Positions 34,532 through 43,412 are shown, counted from the first letter of the stretch. The stretch is DNA of 64,000 nt from Gloeobacterales cyanobacterium (GCA_038245785.1 JBBRSB010000020.1:1-64000); one strand, 5' to 3'. The notes: generated from the sequence alone by a model not told the origin. Numbers and translations: made by a program.

Positions 34532-34541
34532 TAATGGAAAC
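34532..34541 (+). repeat. 3' end of split CRISPR repeat
   Basis: TAATGGAAAC equals repeat positions 27-36, 26 nt after higA stop. Confidence 0.7.
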
Positions 34542-34592
34542 CCATTAAATCCTCCAATACTGGTGGACTTCCGATCTGTTTTTTTCTGGTCT

Positions 34593-34628
34593 TATTCTTC
34601 TGCTCAGTGAAGTTGAATTGCTAGAAAG
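34593..34628 (+). repeat. Strongly degenerate CRISPR repeat
   Basis: TATTCTTCTGCTCAGTGAAGTTGAATTGCTAGAAAG, about 23/36 identical, core GAAGTTGAA kept, one spacer length after 34541. Confidence 0.5.
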
Positions 34629-34651
34629 TTCTGGAAAATTTTACGTTAACT

Positions 34652-34683
34652 GTTTCCCCCCAAAGTTGGGGGGCTAGGGGGCG
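34652..34683 (+). repeat. GC-rich cyanobacterial REP-like hairpin element
   Basis: CCCCCC-AAAGTT-GGGGGG-CTAGGGGGCG. Confidence 0.55.
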
Positions 34684-34988
34684 AATTTATCACTCTTCTA
34701 GAAGATGATGTGCCTACCCATGAGGGAGCTAAACTCCATGCAGACAGTGCTCCAAGACTTGAAGAGTTAGGAGGTTCTGAGCCTCAAGCACAAGATATTC
34801 CTCGCCGTCGTTATGACAGCTAGACGAGCATAATGATTCCTGCTGATACCCTCAACCATTCCATTCCACCAATGTAAAACTTCTGGGCGATTGACCCTTT
34901 TCCATCCTTGATGCTTTGACGTGATTGATTTAGAGTGGCTTGCAATAACCTAAGCGTTGGGTTAAGCTGGGCGTGTGCAGGAGTGAGT

Positions 34989-35234
34989 ATGCCAACGGTT
35001 CTTAGGAAACAAGGTTTTCGAGTCGTCATTTATTCCAACGATCACTTGCCTTCTCCTGTCCACGTTTTTAAAGGAAGCGGTGAAGTGCGAATTGAGTTAG
35101 GAGATGAGGAATCGGCCCCTAAGCTATTGACCGTCAGTGGACAAATCAGCGACAAAGATGTAGGCAAAGCGCTGTATCTCGTGAAGGAACACCAAGTCAA
35201 ATTACTAGCAAAATGGAGAGAAATCCATGCGTAA
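34989..35234 (+). CDS. DUF4160 protein (putative toxin partner)
   Basis: MPTVLR..GFRVVIYSNDHLP.PVHV, LLAKWREIH. Confidence 0.85.
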   Translation: MPTVLRKQGFRVVIYSNDHLPSPVHVFKGSGEVRIELGDEESAPKLLTVSGQISDKDVGKALYLVKEHQVKLLAKWREIHA

Positions 35235-35709
35235 CGATAATCTTGTAATTGACGCAGCGTTGCAATCGCAGATCAATAAAGCTCGTCAAGCAGGTGAAAC
35301 GCTAGATGAAAATGAACCGCGTGCGGTAAAGGCCTGGTACGAACTCATCTCAACAAGGGTTTTCATTGAACTAAGGAATGGCGTTGTGATTGGGTTTCCT
35401 TTTAAACTGCTGCAAGGATTAGAATCGGCAACTCCTGAGCAGATTGCAGAAGTTGAAGTCACACCCTCTGGCTATGGTCTTCACTGGGAAAGTCTGGATG
35501 TAGACCTAGGAGTACCGCAACTGGTTGCGGGTATTTTTGGGACAAAAGCCTGGATGACAGAATTAGGACGTCTAGGTGGACAGGCAAAATCAGCCGCGAA
35601 AGAGAAAGCTGCTCGCGAAAATGGTAAGCGTGGAGGCCGACCTCGGAAGCCTGAAACTGTGCAGGAGGATACTACTAGACCGATAAAACATTCGATTGCT
35701 TCCCTTTGA
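35227..35709 (+). CDS. DUF2442 protein (putative antitoxin)
   Basis: LQGLESAT.EQ, GLHWESLDVDL, AARENGKRGGRPRK; last codons and stop lie in a CRISPR repeat half. Confidence 0.85.
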   Translation: MRNDNLVIDAALQSQINKARQAGETLDENEPRAVKAWYELISTRVFIELRNGVVIGFPFKLLQGLESATPEQIAEVEVTPSGYGLHWESLDVDLGVPQLVAGIFGTKAWMTELGRLGGQAKSAAKEKAARENGKRGGRPRKPETVQEDTTRPIKHSIASL

Positions 35710-35711
35710 GG
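35695..35711 (+). repeat. 5' half of split CRISPR repeat
   Basis: ATTGCTTCCCTTTGAGG vs repeat 1-17 ATTGCTTCCCTTCGGGG (15/17). Confidence 0.7.
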
Positions 35712-35855
35712 GTGCGAAGAGTCGGTGGGATGTGCCGAAGATTCTTGATAGGTATGTGGAGAGCAAGATGAATAGTGAATTAATTATGCATTTGACATAA
35801 TGAAGAAAGGCGAAGGTATTCGGACGGTCGAGACATTTTAAGAGAGGTCGGGAGA

Positions 35856-36518
35856 ATGGTAGCAGCGCTCGATTCGATTTCAGTTGCAGAAATTGATTTA
35901 CAGGAAGGCAATGTGCTGGTGCTGCATGATGTTTCGTGGGAGCGCTATGAGGCGATCGTGGCTACCTTACAAACTCGCCACAACTATCGAACTGCGTATT
36001 TAGATGGAGTGTTGGAAATTATGGCTCCGATGCCTGCCCATGAGCGTCCCCATCGCACTATTGGCTATTTTGTGACTGCATTACTCGATGCGGAAGAACG
36101 AGACTGGGAGGATTTTGGGGCGACGACGTTTCGCAAGAAGGAAAAGCGGGCGGGGTTGGAGCCGGATACTTGTTTTTACGTGGATGAGAATGCGCGAGTT
36201 GTTCGCGCTTGTATGGAGCAGATGGATTTGGCGGTCTATCCGCCACCGGATTTGGCAATTGAAGCGGATGTCACTTCTGGGACAACGTTAGAAGTGTACT
36301 TAAGATTGCAGGTGCCGGAGGTTTGGATTTGGCGCAAGAATGAGCTAAACATTAATCTGTTGCAAAATGGGAAATATGTGGAATCGCAGCAGAGTCAGGT
36401 ATTTCCCAACTTTCCGATTCAGGAGTTGATTCCGCAGTGGCTCGATCGGGCGTTGCAAGATGGTACGAGTAAAGCCCTTCGCGATATACGAAAGTTGTTG
36501 ATCAAGGCAACGTTGTAA
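35856..36518 (+). CDS. Uma2 (DUF820) family protein
   Basis: VSWERYE, YLDGVLEIMAP.P.HE, GLEPDTCFY, PPPDLAIE, VPEVWIW. Confidence 0.9.
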   Translation: MVAALDSISVAEIDLQEGNVLVLHDVSWERYEAIVATLQTRHNYRTAYLDGVLEIMAPMPAHERPHRTIGYFVTALLDAEERDWEDFGATTFRKKEKRAGLEPDTCFYVDENARVVRACMEQMDLAVYPPPDLAIEADVTSGTTLEVYLRLQVPEVWIWRKNELNINLLQNGKYVESQQSQVFPNFPIQELIPQWLDRALQDGTSKALRDIRKLLIKATL

Positions 36519-36520
36519 TT

Positions 36521-36737
36521 TCATGTGGCGCCTCTGAGCGAATTACGAATCCGTGCCTCGTTGCGGAGTTTAGCGAGAATAGATGGGACGTTAGCTTGAG
36601 AGGTCATAGGTGAGAGCCTGAAGAATCGGGCGGAGTCTGCGTTCGGCACCACACATCCGCGCAGTTTCGGTGAGTTTTAGGAGGTTCGGTTTCGGCTTGC
36701 GACGCTTGAGATAGTTCTTGAGTCCCTCCAGGAAGAG
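36521..36737 (-). pseudogene. Remnant of AbiEi-AbiEii (type IV TA) junction
   Basis: Minus strand LFLEGLKNYLKRRKPKPNLLKLTETARMCGAERRLRPILQALTYDLSS* (AbiEi C-terminus-like) overlapping MTSQANVPSILAKLRNEAR (AbiEii N-terminus-like, ATG 36607), both truncated. Confidence 0.6.
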
Positions 36738-36757
36738 GAAGTCGAATCAATGGAAGC
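36737..36757 (+). repeat. 3' half of split CRISPR repeat
   Basis: GGAAGTCGAATCAATGGAAGC vs repeat 16-36 GGAAGTTGAACTAATGGAAAC (17/21). Confidence 0.7.
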
Positions 36758-36837
36758 TAACGGGTGCCGTTACTTTACAAGGTCGAGGATGGGTTGTTGT
36801 ATCAGATTACGCCCTGCCGCAGGTTTGAAACCATCCC

Positions 36838-37503
36838 CTACAACCAGTTGCCTTTCCAATCAAAATATTCGAGTGGGGCAAGTCGTTTTTTGTAATCGTA
36901 AGCCGAAGGCTCGAGTGTGGCGTATCCAGGGTAATAAAATGTTTTGCCCAGCGCAATTGAATACTTAATACTGCATAAAATTAAGTACACGCCAAGGCTG
37001 TGTTTTGATTCCTTTGGGTCGTAAATCGAGTAGATGCTCGATGTGCTGCTTGCGCCAATGTCGAGGAAGGTCACGCCAATCAATCGTCCTTCTTTGAAAA
37101 GCGCAAGTTCTTTGGTTTCGCATGGCACTCGAGCGGGATCAAATCCGAGAAAAGAATAGAGCGAATCGGGAACGTTTTCTGTGAAGCGCTGCCTGTGCAG
37201 GGCAAACAGTTTGCGTTTTTCGAGGTCAATGAGCGCGTCACGGATGACCAATTCAAAGGAGGCATTTCGTTTCAGCACTCGAGCTTGACTGTTGCTAGGC
37301 TCAAAATGCTCGAGCCGCATTCTGAGCGGCATCACGGTTTTGAAGCCGTGAGCCTCCATCATGCGACTATAACGAAAAAAGTACGAACCAAAATGCCGCC
37401 AACCTCCAGCCCAAGCACGATCCATCAATTCTGGACTGGCAAGCTCGAGTTCGCCCGATTCGTCGATGTTTGGCACGGTCATAAGTTTTGGAGTATCGCT
37501 CAA
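36838..37503 (-). CDS. Arginyl-tRNA-protein transferase-like (ATE/Bpt family)
   Basis: WAGGWRHFG.YFFR, F.PSNSQARVLKRN, SSIYSIYDP, SLGVY.IL, YYPGY, YDYK. Confidence 0.8.
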   Translation of the reverse strand: MSDTPKLMTVPNIDESGELELASPELMDRAWAGGWRHFGSYFFRYSRMMEAHGFKTVMPLRMRLEHFEPSNSQARVLKRNASFELVIRDALIDLEKRKLFALHRQRFTENVPDSLYSFLGFDPARVPCETKELALFKEGRLIGVTFLDIGASSTSSIYSIYDPKESKHSLGVYLILCSIKYSIALGKTFYYPGYATLEPSAYDYKKRLAPLEYFDWKGNWL

Positions 37504-37584
37504 GCCTCAGTGTTTTTCTCCCAGGGCAAGATTATCATGTCACGCTCAAGCGTCCGTTCGTGACCTTTTCCCTCCTTATTATTT

Positions 37585-37801
37585 GATTGAGGTAACACCA
37601 TCTGGCTATGGTCTTCACGGGGAAAGTCTGGATCTAGGAGTACCAGAACTGGTTGCAGGTCTTTTTGGTACACAAACCTGGATGAAAGAGTTAGGACGTC
37701 TAGGCGGACAGGTAAAATCAGCCGCGAAGGAGAAAGCTGCTCGCGAAAATGGCAAGCGTGGAGGCCGACCTCGGAAGCCTGAAGCTGTGCGGAAGAGTTG
37801 A
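37585..37801 (+). pseudogene. 5'-truncated second copy of DUF2442 gene
   Basis: High nucleotide similarity to about 35451-35660 with 6-nt deletion; no N-terminal half. Confidence 0.8.
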
Positions 37802-37860
37802 ACGCAGGGTTTACCATACTAAAACGTAGACTTGGCCTAACCGCAATCTATCACGTAACT

Positions 37861-38187
37861 TCAATCTGCAATCAACTTACTGCTTACTAGACGATTTAGA
37901 CTTATGCCCTGTTCAGCCGCTCGGGTCGCCAGTTCCCGATGCTGTTCAGGAGGAATTCTGACCATGAACCTGCCGCTGTATTGTTTTTTAGATAAGGGGG
38001 TTGGAATAGGCTCATTGTGAGCCGCTAAATCAAGAATGCATTCTTGTACTAGAGCAACAATTCCAGAGAAGGCTTTTTGGTGATCCTTATCCAGCCAACT
38101 CATGCCAGGAAATTCAGCACATAAGCCAACGAACTCTTCATCCTCTTCAGACCAGAACACTCGGTAGGTATAAAATTTAGCGTCCAT
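37861..38187 (-). CDS. hicB: HicB antitoxin
   Basis: YTYRVFWSEED.EFVGLCAEFP, YSGRFMVRIPPE.HR.LA..AAEQGISLN; ATG at 38187. Confidence 0.9.
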   Translation of the reverse strand: MDAKFYTYRVFWSEEDEEFVGLCAEFPGMSWLDKDHQKAFSGIVALVQECILDLAAHNEPIPTPLSKKQYSGRFMVRIPPEQHRELATRAAEQGISLNRLVSSKLIAD

Positions 38188-38432
38188 CACATTGATTCCT
38201 TTTTCTTGATAGCGGCTAAGACTTGCTTTACTTGGTACGGTTTTCCCATGCCTTTTTTCGGCTGGATGTTGACGTATGGCTCTCCTTCCCAAAGCGTCCG
38301 ATAAAAGCGATGGCTCCCGCTGCTTTGTCGAGGTTCTCCAAAATAGTGGTCACACACTTTGCACAAGTCAGAGAACTTAATGCCTTTTGGGTTATTCTCC
38401 ATGCTGGCAACAATTTTTTGGATATTAGCCAT
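38187..38432 (-). CDS. hicA: HicA toxin
   Basis: NNPKGIKFSDLCKVC.HYFGEPRQ.SGSH, KPYQVKQVL. Confidence 0.88.
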   Translation of the reverse strand: MANIQKIVASMENNPKGIKFSDLCKVCDHYFGEPRQSSGSHRFYRTLWEGEPYVNIQPKKGMGKPYQVKQVLAAIKKKESM

Positions 38433-38544
38433 ACTTTATATGGTATCAATATTAGTATCAATATATCATCACTAAAAGCTCAATAGCCACTGAAACCATA
38501 GCGTCAGTAGTCTTGGTAAATCTAGCTAAGTGTTAATCTGGTCA

Positions 38545-38739
38545 TGAACTTGCTGATGCCATTCACGTCCCGTATCAGCGCATCAATGAGATCATCGATG
38601 GGCGTCGAGGGATTACACCTAGCTCTGCGCTTCGGCTAGAGAAATTCTTCGGAATGTCGGCAGGCTTCTGAATGAATCTCCAGTTGCGATGGGACCTCTA
38701 TGACGCCCAAGAGACTGAGTAGGAAGCACTCAAATCTAT
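38545..38739 (+). pseudogene. Truncated higA copy with nonsense mutations
   Basis: Similar to 34289-34483; TGG>TGA at 38669-38671 and TAG at 38720-38722; 5' third missing. Confidence 0.85.
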
Positions 38740-38812
38740 TTGTTATACACAGCTTGAGAAATTTAGTTAAGATTGCGAGCGGGAGCTTAAATTAACTCTT
38801 CAGAGGCAAACC

Positions 38813-40150
38813 GTGAGTTTATCGAGACGAGGTTTTTTTACTTTAGCGGGTTCGAGTACTGCTAGTGTGATTTTAGCTGCACCTTTGAAAAACTTGTATG
38901 CTAAAACTTTGTCTAAACAATCGATTAAGGGAAGAGGTTTTGGAAAACTTATCCCCGATCCTAATGGCATCTTAGATTTACCCAAAGGGTTTAAGTATAG
39001 AGTGCTCTCTAAAACTGGAGAGATGATGAGCGATCGCACCAAAGTACCAGATAAAAAAGACGGTATGGCGGCTTTTCCTGGGACAAACGGTACGACTATT
39101 TTGGTGAGAAATCACGAACTCAAGCCAGATCCAACCCAAAAAATAGCAATCGTCAATGCCGCAGATTCTTGTAAATATGATAAATTAGCGCCAGGGGGAA
39201 CAACTACTTTAGTTATCGACAATAACTATCAAGTTCTCCAACAATACGTATCTCTAAGTGGTACTATCCGCAACTGTTCTGGTGGGACGACTCCCTGGGG
39301 TTCTTGGATTAGTAGCGAAGAAGATGTTTCTACTCCGATTACTGTTGCTAATAATTCAAGCGATCGCATGAAAGAATCTTTTCAAGTATCTCTCAAACAC
39401 GGATATAACTTTGAAGTTCCTTCTCATGGAAAAGTTACTACTCCAGTTCCTTTAAAAGCAATGGGCAGATTTCGACATGAAGCCATCGCTGTCGATCCGC
39501 AAACTGGATATATTTACCAAACTGAGGATCGAGAAGACAGTTGTATCTATCGTTTCATCCCTACACAAGCAGGAAAATTGGAAGCAGGTGGAACTTTAGA
39601 AGCTTTGGTAATTGACGGAATGCCAAAGATGAACACATCTGTTGATTTTCCTATGGACGAACCGAAAAAAGTTACATGGATCAGACTAGAAGATGTCGAT
39701 CCCAACGAAGATACTCTACGTCAAGAAGCACAATTTAAAGGTGCAGCAATTTTCAGACGTGGAGAAGGAATGTGTTACGGCAATGGCGAAATTTTTTGGA
39801 CTTGTACTAATGGTGGTAAAGCGAAAGTGGGTCAAATTTTTCGTTACAATCCTAAAGCCGAAACAGTCGAACTCTTTGTTGAGTCTCCCAGCTCTGAGGT
39901 TTTAGACTTCCCTGACAACTTGATTCTATCTCCTTTCGGTCATTTAATTGTTTGCGAAGATGGTAAAGGCGAACAGTTCGTTACGGGAGTAAATCCCCAA
40001 GGAGAATGTTACCATTTCGCACGTAATGCTTTAAATAAAGCAGAGTTTGCAGGGGTCTGTTTTTCTCCAGATGGGAAAACAATGTTTGTCAATATTTACG
40101 AACCTGGTATTACTCTGGCTGTTTGGGGAAATTGGCAAGCTGTGTTGTAG
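38813..40150 (+). CDS. phoX: PhoX-family (DUF839) Tat-secreted alkaline phosphatase
   Basis: SRRGFF Tat motif, LVRNHE, RNCSGGTTPWGSWISSEE, MGRFRHEA, PDNL, EFAGVCFSPDG. Confidence 0.85.
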   Translation: MSLSRRGFFTLAGSSTASVILAAPLKNLYAKTLSKQSIKGRGFGKLIPDPNGILDLPKGFKYRVLSKTGEMMSDRTKVPDKKDGMAAFPGTNGTTILVRNHELKPDPTQKIAIVNAADSCKYDKLAPGGTTTLVIDNNYQVLQQYVSLSGTIRNCSGGTTPWGSWISSEEDVSTPITVANNSSDRMKESFQVSLKHGYNFEVPSHGKVTTPVPLKAMGRFRHEAIAVDPQTGYIYQTEDREDSCIYRFIPTQAGKLEAGGTLEALVIDGMPKMNTSVDFPMDEPKKVTWIRLEDVDPNEDTLRQEAQFKGAAIFRRGEGMCYGNGEIFWTCTNGGKAKVGQIFRYNPKAETVELFVESPSSEVLDFPDNLILSPFGHLIVCEDGKGEQFVTGVNPQGECYHFARNALNKAEFAGVCFSPDGKTMFVNIYEPGITLAVWGNWQAVL

Positions 40151-40215
40151 TAATTTTTCTCAGTACAGCAACCTTCCCAGAAAAACAATTCTGCTATTGA
40201 ACAGGAATAAGGACG

Positions 40216-40251
40216 ATTACTTCTCTTGGGAAAAGTTGAACTAATGGAAAC
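40216..40251 (+). repeat. Orphan CRISPR repeat
   Basis: ATTACTTCTCTTGGGAAAAGTTGAACTAATGGAAAC, 31/36 identical, last 19 nt perfect. Confidence 0.9.
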
Positions 40252-40596
40252 TCTTGGCTCCCTTGAGATTGGGACTAGTGCTTTCGAACACCTATTTCCG
40301 ACATTTTGCGATCGAAACTGAGGGCGACACCGGGTGAAGTAGCTGCTTGCGATTGACTTGATACTGAATATAAAGTTAAACTGCCCAGTGTAATGGCCGT
40401 TGCACTAAGGCCTAGCATCAGTTTTTGTCTGGAGAACATTGATTATCCAATTGATTGGCATCATTTTGCAATAAAGTGACAAAATAATCTAGCCTATTGA
40501 AATACTTTCTTAAGTAGACCGCCTGGATCGCCCTATAATTTATTTCTTGGCTCTCTTTGCCAAAGAGGACTAGCGGCTTTGATAAACGCTCAGCAC

Positions 40597-41035
40597 TTGA
40601 CACTCCCACGGCTGCAGCTTGTGCTTTGCACGGGCTAAGCCCTACGCGAAGCATAAGCGCGTGGGATTCTTGTTTGAACGAGCTACCTTTCTAAATTTTA
40701 ATCCCCACAAGGGAATTAGCCCCAAAAAGCCCACTCCGAAGGGTAGGCTCTAGCGCAAAAGAAGGCAAGACTATTCGTTCATGTACTCGTTTAACTGGTG
40801 CCCAAGCCCACCATCAGGGTTATGGATCATGGGTATCCGGAAAATCTTTTCAAGCTTCCAAGAGTCTTAGCTAAATCTGCCTGGACAAACACCTGTGAAA
40901 CAAGTGGCCGAACCCTATGCGGTCGTCCATCCCAAAGTGCAGGTGAGCAGAGGTCTCACCAATAGCAAGCTAGCTTTATAGGCAAAGATGAGGGGCTAAT
41001 TAAAGTGGAATCTGACTGAACCTTTGAAAACTTAG
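40597..41035 (-). mobile_element. Non-autonomous IS200/IS605-type right end with omegaRNA-like non-coding region
   Basis: Minus strand ends AGAATCCCACG...GCCGTGGGAGTGTCAA (typical IS605 right-end hairpin plus TCAA); no tnpA/tnpB ORF; 5' boundary uncertain. Confidence 0.6.
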
Positions 41036-41268
41036 CAGAGTAAAAAAAACACAAAATTGAGGTGTTCCTCAGCTTAAAACTGATAAAAACAGAAGCCTAG
41101 AAGAAATGAATTGGTGTTTGCATCTAAAACCATTGCCATGACACTTCAATCAGACATTAACAAGCCTCTTGTCATAAATGTTTGCTAGAAGCACATAAAG
41201 TATCTTTATTGTGACATCATCGTTCAAAATTGGCATTATTCTATTCATAAATTTGTTGAGGAGCCTCC

Positions 41269-41940
41269 ATGCGAAAGTTAATTCGAGGTTTGCGCGAGTT
41301 TCAGGATAACTATTTCCCATCACATTTAGAACTGTTTGAGAAGCTGGGCATGGAGCAAAAGCCCAGAGTTCTATTTATTACCTGTTCAGATTCGCGGATT
41401 GTGCCAAACCTGCTTACCAAAGCGGATGTGGGCGAACTGTTTATTATCCGCAATGCGGGTAATATCATCCCTCCCTACGGGACCTTGAGTGGCGAGGGTG
41501 CAACCATAGAGTATGCCATTCAATCGCTTGAAATTGAGCAAATCATCGTCTGTGGACATACCCACTGTGGAGCCATGAACGGCTTATTAAAGCTGGACCA
41601 ACTGCGTGAAGAAATGCCGATTACCTATCAATGGCTAAAACTGGCTGAGGGAACAAGACGATTGGTGAAAGAAAACTACACGCACCTCATGGATAAAGAA
41701 TTGCTGGAAGTCACCAGTGCGGAAAATGTATTGACGCAGATCGATAATCTTAAAACCTATCCGGTAATACGGTCGCGCCTTTACCAAGCCCGGCTAAATA
41801 TTTATGGTTGGGTGTATAACCTCGAAACGGGTCAAGTACTGGCCTATGACTCAGTGAGTCATTCCTATGTGCCGCCTCAACATCAGTTAGTAGATGAATT
41901 GCCTGAGCCATCTTTACCTTCAGATTTGTCAAATCTGTAA
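41269..41940 (+). CDS. Beta-class carbonic anhydrase (CcaA/CynT-like)
   Basis: FITCSDSR, IRNAGN, VCGHTHCGAM zinc ligands. Confidence 0.93.
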   Translation: MRKLIRGLREFQDNYFPSHLELFEKLGMEQKPRVLFITCSDSRIVPNLLTKADVGELFIIRNAGNIIPPYGTLSGEGATIEYAIQSLEIEQIIVCGHTHCGAMNGLLKLDQLREEMPITYQWLKLAEGTRRLVKENYTHLMDKELLEVTSAENVLTQIDNLKTYPVIRSRLYQARLNIYGWVYNLETGQVLAYDSVSHSYVPPQHQLVDELPEPSLPSDLSNL

Positions 41941-42026
41941 TCATCTATGGGAGTTGCTACCCATTGACTTCTATCGCGGACAGCCCTACCCGTCAGAGGT
42001 TCTGGGGTGTTAACTATTGGATACGC

Positions 42027-43412
42027 CTAGTCTAATTTTTCAAACCTTGCCTGAAAAAATCTAAGGTACTTTGGTTCATAAATCATTTTTAATCCTTTTA
42101 TATGGTGGCGTTGTTCATATACCCTACCTGCCGATTCAGCAATCACATCCATGTGTGCCTGGGTATACACACGCCGGGGAATGGTAAAACGGACCAGTTC
42201 CAGTTTGGGATAGTAGTTTTCACCATTAGCTTTTCTGCCAGAAGAAACAATTCCACGTTCCATGGTTCTTACACCAGAATCCAGATACACTTCTGCAGCC
42301 AATGTTTGAGCAGGGAAATCATCCTGCGGGATATGGGGTAAAAACTTTTTAGCATCCACAAAAATGCCATGTCCACCGATGGGTTTTACGATCGGTATTT
42401 CGTATTCCATCATTTTTTTACCAAGATAAATAACCTGTCCCACCCGTGCACGGATATGGTCATCGGATACACTCTCCTTTATACCAATTGCCATAGCTTC
42501 CATATCTCTTCCTGTCAGACCACCATAGGTATGCAAGCCCTCATACACCACCACCATGTTTCTTGCTTCTTCAAAAACATCCCAGTCATTAATGGCAAGA
42601 AATCCACCGATATTCACCAATGCATCTTTTTTAGCGCTCATCGTGGCACCATCGGTGTACGAACAGATTTCCTTGACAATTTCTTTTATGGGTCTGTCCC
42701 GATATCCTTCTTCTCTTTGTTGAATAAAGTAAGCATTTTCTGCCACTCTGGTCATATCGTGAATGATGCGGATGCCATGCTTTTCAGTCAAGGCTCTTAG
42801 CTCTTTCAAGTTTTGCATACTGATAGGCTGACCACCTGCCATGTTCACACTGGTGGCCATACTGATATAGGGAATTTTTTTTGCACTATATTTTTTGATA
42901 AGCCCTTCTAATTTATCTAAGTTGACATTCCCTTTGAACAAAGATTCACTCTCCGGGTCATGAGCTTCATCAACAATTACATCTTCAAATTTTCCACCAG
43001 CCAGTTCCTGGTGCAGACGGGTAGTCGTGAAGTACATATTGCCAGGAATAATATCGCCTTTCTTAATTAAAACCTTTGATAAGATGTTTTCGGCTCCACG
43101 GCCCTGGTGGGTAGGGATGAAATATTTGTAGCCATAAATCTCTTTTACTGTTTCTTCTAAGTGATAAAAATTACGGCTGCCTGCATAGGCTTCATCACCC
43201 ATCATCATTCCCGCCCACTGGTGATCACTCATTGCAGAGGTGCCGCTATCGGTGAGTAAATCAATATAAACATCTTCTGACTTGAGAAGAAAGGTATTAT
43301 AGCCAGCTTCTTGCAAAGCACTTTTTCTTTGGGCCAAAGTTGTCATCTTTAGCAACTCAACCATTTTTATTTTATAAGGTTCGGCCCAGCTTCTATTAGA
43401 ATGCTCACTCAT
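42027..43412 (-). CDS. tpl: Tyrosine phenol-lyase
   Basis: AEPYKIK, IDLLTDSGT, MSAKKD (PLP Lys); YFTTTR and LRFF residues typical of TPL rather than tryptophanase. Confidence 0.85.
   Translation of the reverse strand: MSEHSNRSWAEPYKIKMVELLKMTTLAQRKSALQEAGYNTFLLKSEDVYIDLLTDSGTSAMSDHQWAGMMMGDEAYAGSRNFYHLEETVKEIYGYKYFIPTHQGRGAENILSKVLIKKGDIIPGNMYFTTTRLHQELAGGKFEDVIVDEAHDPESESLFKGNVNLDKLEGLIKKYSAKKIPYISMATSVNMAGGQPISMQNLKELRALTEKHGIRIIHDMTRVAENAYFIQQREEGYRDRPIKEIVKEICSYTDGATMSAKKDALVNIGGFLAINDWDVFEEARNMVVVYEGLHTYGGLTGRDMEAMAIGIKESVSDDHIRARVGQVIYLGKKMMEYEIPIVKPIGGHGIFVDAKKFLPHIPQDDFPAQTLAAEVYLDSGVRTMERGIVSSGRKANGENYYPKLELVRFTIPRRVYTQAHMDVIAESAGRVYEQRHHIKGLKMIYEPKYLRFFQARFEKLD

Noticed and set aside
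37788..37805. GGAAGAGTTGAAC as another repeat remnant
   Set aside because: Short, needs a gap, and overlaps the end of the DUF2442 pseudogene frame
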